Below, in pieces: positions 62,958 through 64,000 of a DNA stretch of 64,000 nucleotides. This DNA is from Squalus acanthias (lineage: Eukaryota): the NCBI GenBank assembly GCA_030390025.1, contig CM059431.1, forward strand, positions 143,594,001 to 143,658,000, read 5' to 3'. Under the pieces are notes generated by a model. It saw nothing but the letters and a program-made list of their open reading frames with translations, searched no databases and was not told the DNA's origin. Numbering within the stretch: the first letter of the stretch is position 1; each line of letters begins with the position of its first letter. Made by a program: the position numbers and the translations under genes.

Positions 62958-64000
62958 GTTGGCTCAGACACTAGGGTCCCGAATTTAAATAAAGGAAACT
63001 ACGATGTTATGAGGCGTGAGTTGGCTAGGATGGATTGGGTAGCGTTACTTAAAGGGTTGACGGTGGATAGGCAATGGCAAACATTTAATGATCGCATGGA
63101 TGAACTACAGAATTTGTTCATCCCTGTTTGGCATAAGAATAAAACAAAAACGGTGACGCAACCATGGCTAACAAGGGAAATTAGGGATAGCATAAGATCC
63201 AAGGAGAGGACAGATAAATTGGCCAGAAAATGCAGCAAACCTGAGGATTGGGAGCAGTTTAGGATTCAGCAAAGGCTGCCAAAGGGATTAATTAAGAGGG
63301 GGGAAATAGAGTATGAGAGTAAGCTTGCTGGGAAAATAAAAACTGATTGCAAAAGCTTCAATAGATATGTGAAAATAAAAGGATTGGTGAAGTCAAGCGT
63401 AGGTCCCTTGCAGTCAGAATCAGGGGGACTTATAATGGGGAACAAAGAAATGTCTGACCAATTAAATACATACTTTGGTTATGTCTTCAAAAGAGGGGCA
63501 GAAATAACCTCCCAGAGATGTCGGGGAACATAGGGTTTAATGAGAGGGAAGAACTGAATTAAATCAGTATTTGTAGGGAAATGGTGTTAGGGAAATTGAC
63601 ATTATTGAAGGCCGGTAAATCACCAGGGCCTGATAATCTACATCCGAGGGTACTTAAGGAAGTGGCCCATGAAATAGTTGATGCATTGCTGGTCATCTTC
63701 CAAAATTCTATAATCTCTGGAAAAGTTCCCATGGATTGGAGATGAGCTAATGTAACACCACTATTTTAAAAGGGTGGGAGAGAAAAAACGGGGAATTATA
63801 GACCGGTAAGCCTGACATCGGTAGTGGGGAAAATGCTAGAGTCCATTATAAAAAATGTAATAGCAGAGCACTTGGAAAACAGTGACAAGATCGGACAAAG
63901 TCAACATGGATTTACAAAAGGTAAATCATGCTTGACTAATCTACTGGAATTTTTTGAGGATGTAACTGGTAGAATAGATAAGGGAGAACCATTGGATGTG
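62958..64000 (+). mobile_element. 5'-truncated CR1 LINE (same subfamily as 1-3257), runs off the window
   Basis: Closely similar to 1005-2050 (MRRELARMDW...QPWLTREIRDSI...NYRPVSLTS); contains stops and frameshifts. Confidence 0.95.

Overview
Eukaryotic, vertebrate DNA, almost certainly from a cartilaginous fish: it carries HE1/V-type and Deu-type SINEs, shark-style CR1 LINEs and a GPR139-like receptor. Most of the window is repeats: CR1 LINEs (one full length), a second LINE family with a tRNA-headed SINE derivative, L2 tails, a Penelope-like element, PIF/Harbinger-type MITEs and tandem repeats. From 4 to 36 kb lies a decayed tRNA cluster of 12 tRNA-like sequences, of which only Asn-GTT is near intact. 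It was built partly by tandem and inverted duplication, and the paralogous empty sites give exact insertion boundaries for three elements. Two protein-coding loci are divergently arranged. One is a two-exon GPR139/142-like GPCR (-, 332 aa) with no Cys in extracellular loop 2. The other is a multi-exon uncharacterised dynamin/EHD-like GTPase (+) whose P-loop exon I could not find and which has one non-AG acceptor. A duplicated orphan TATA-promoter/exon module sits at 10.4-13.1 kb. No clearly novel system is proven; most short ORFs in the track are LINE debris. All comparisons were made by eye.
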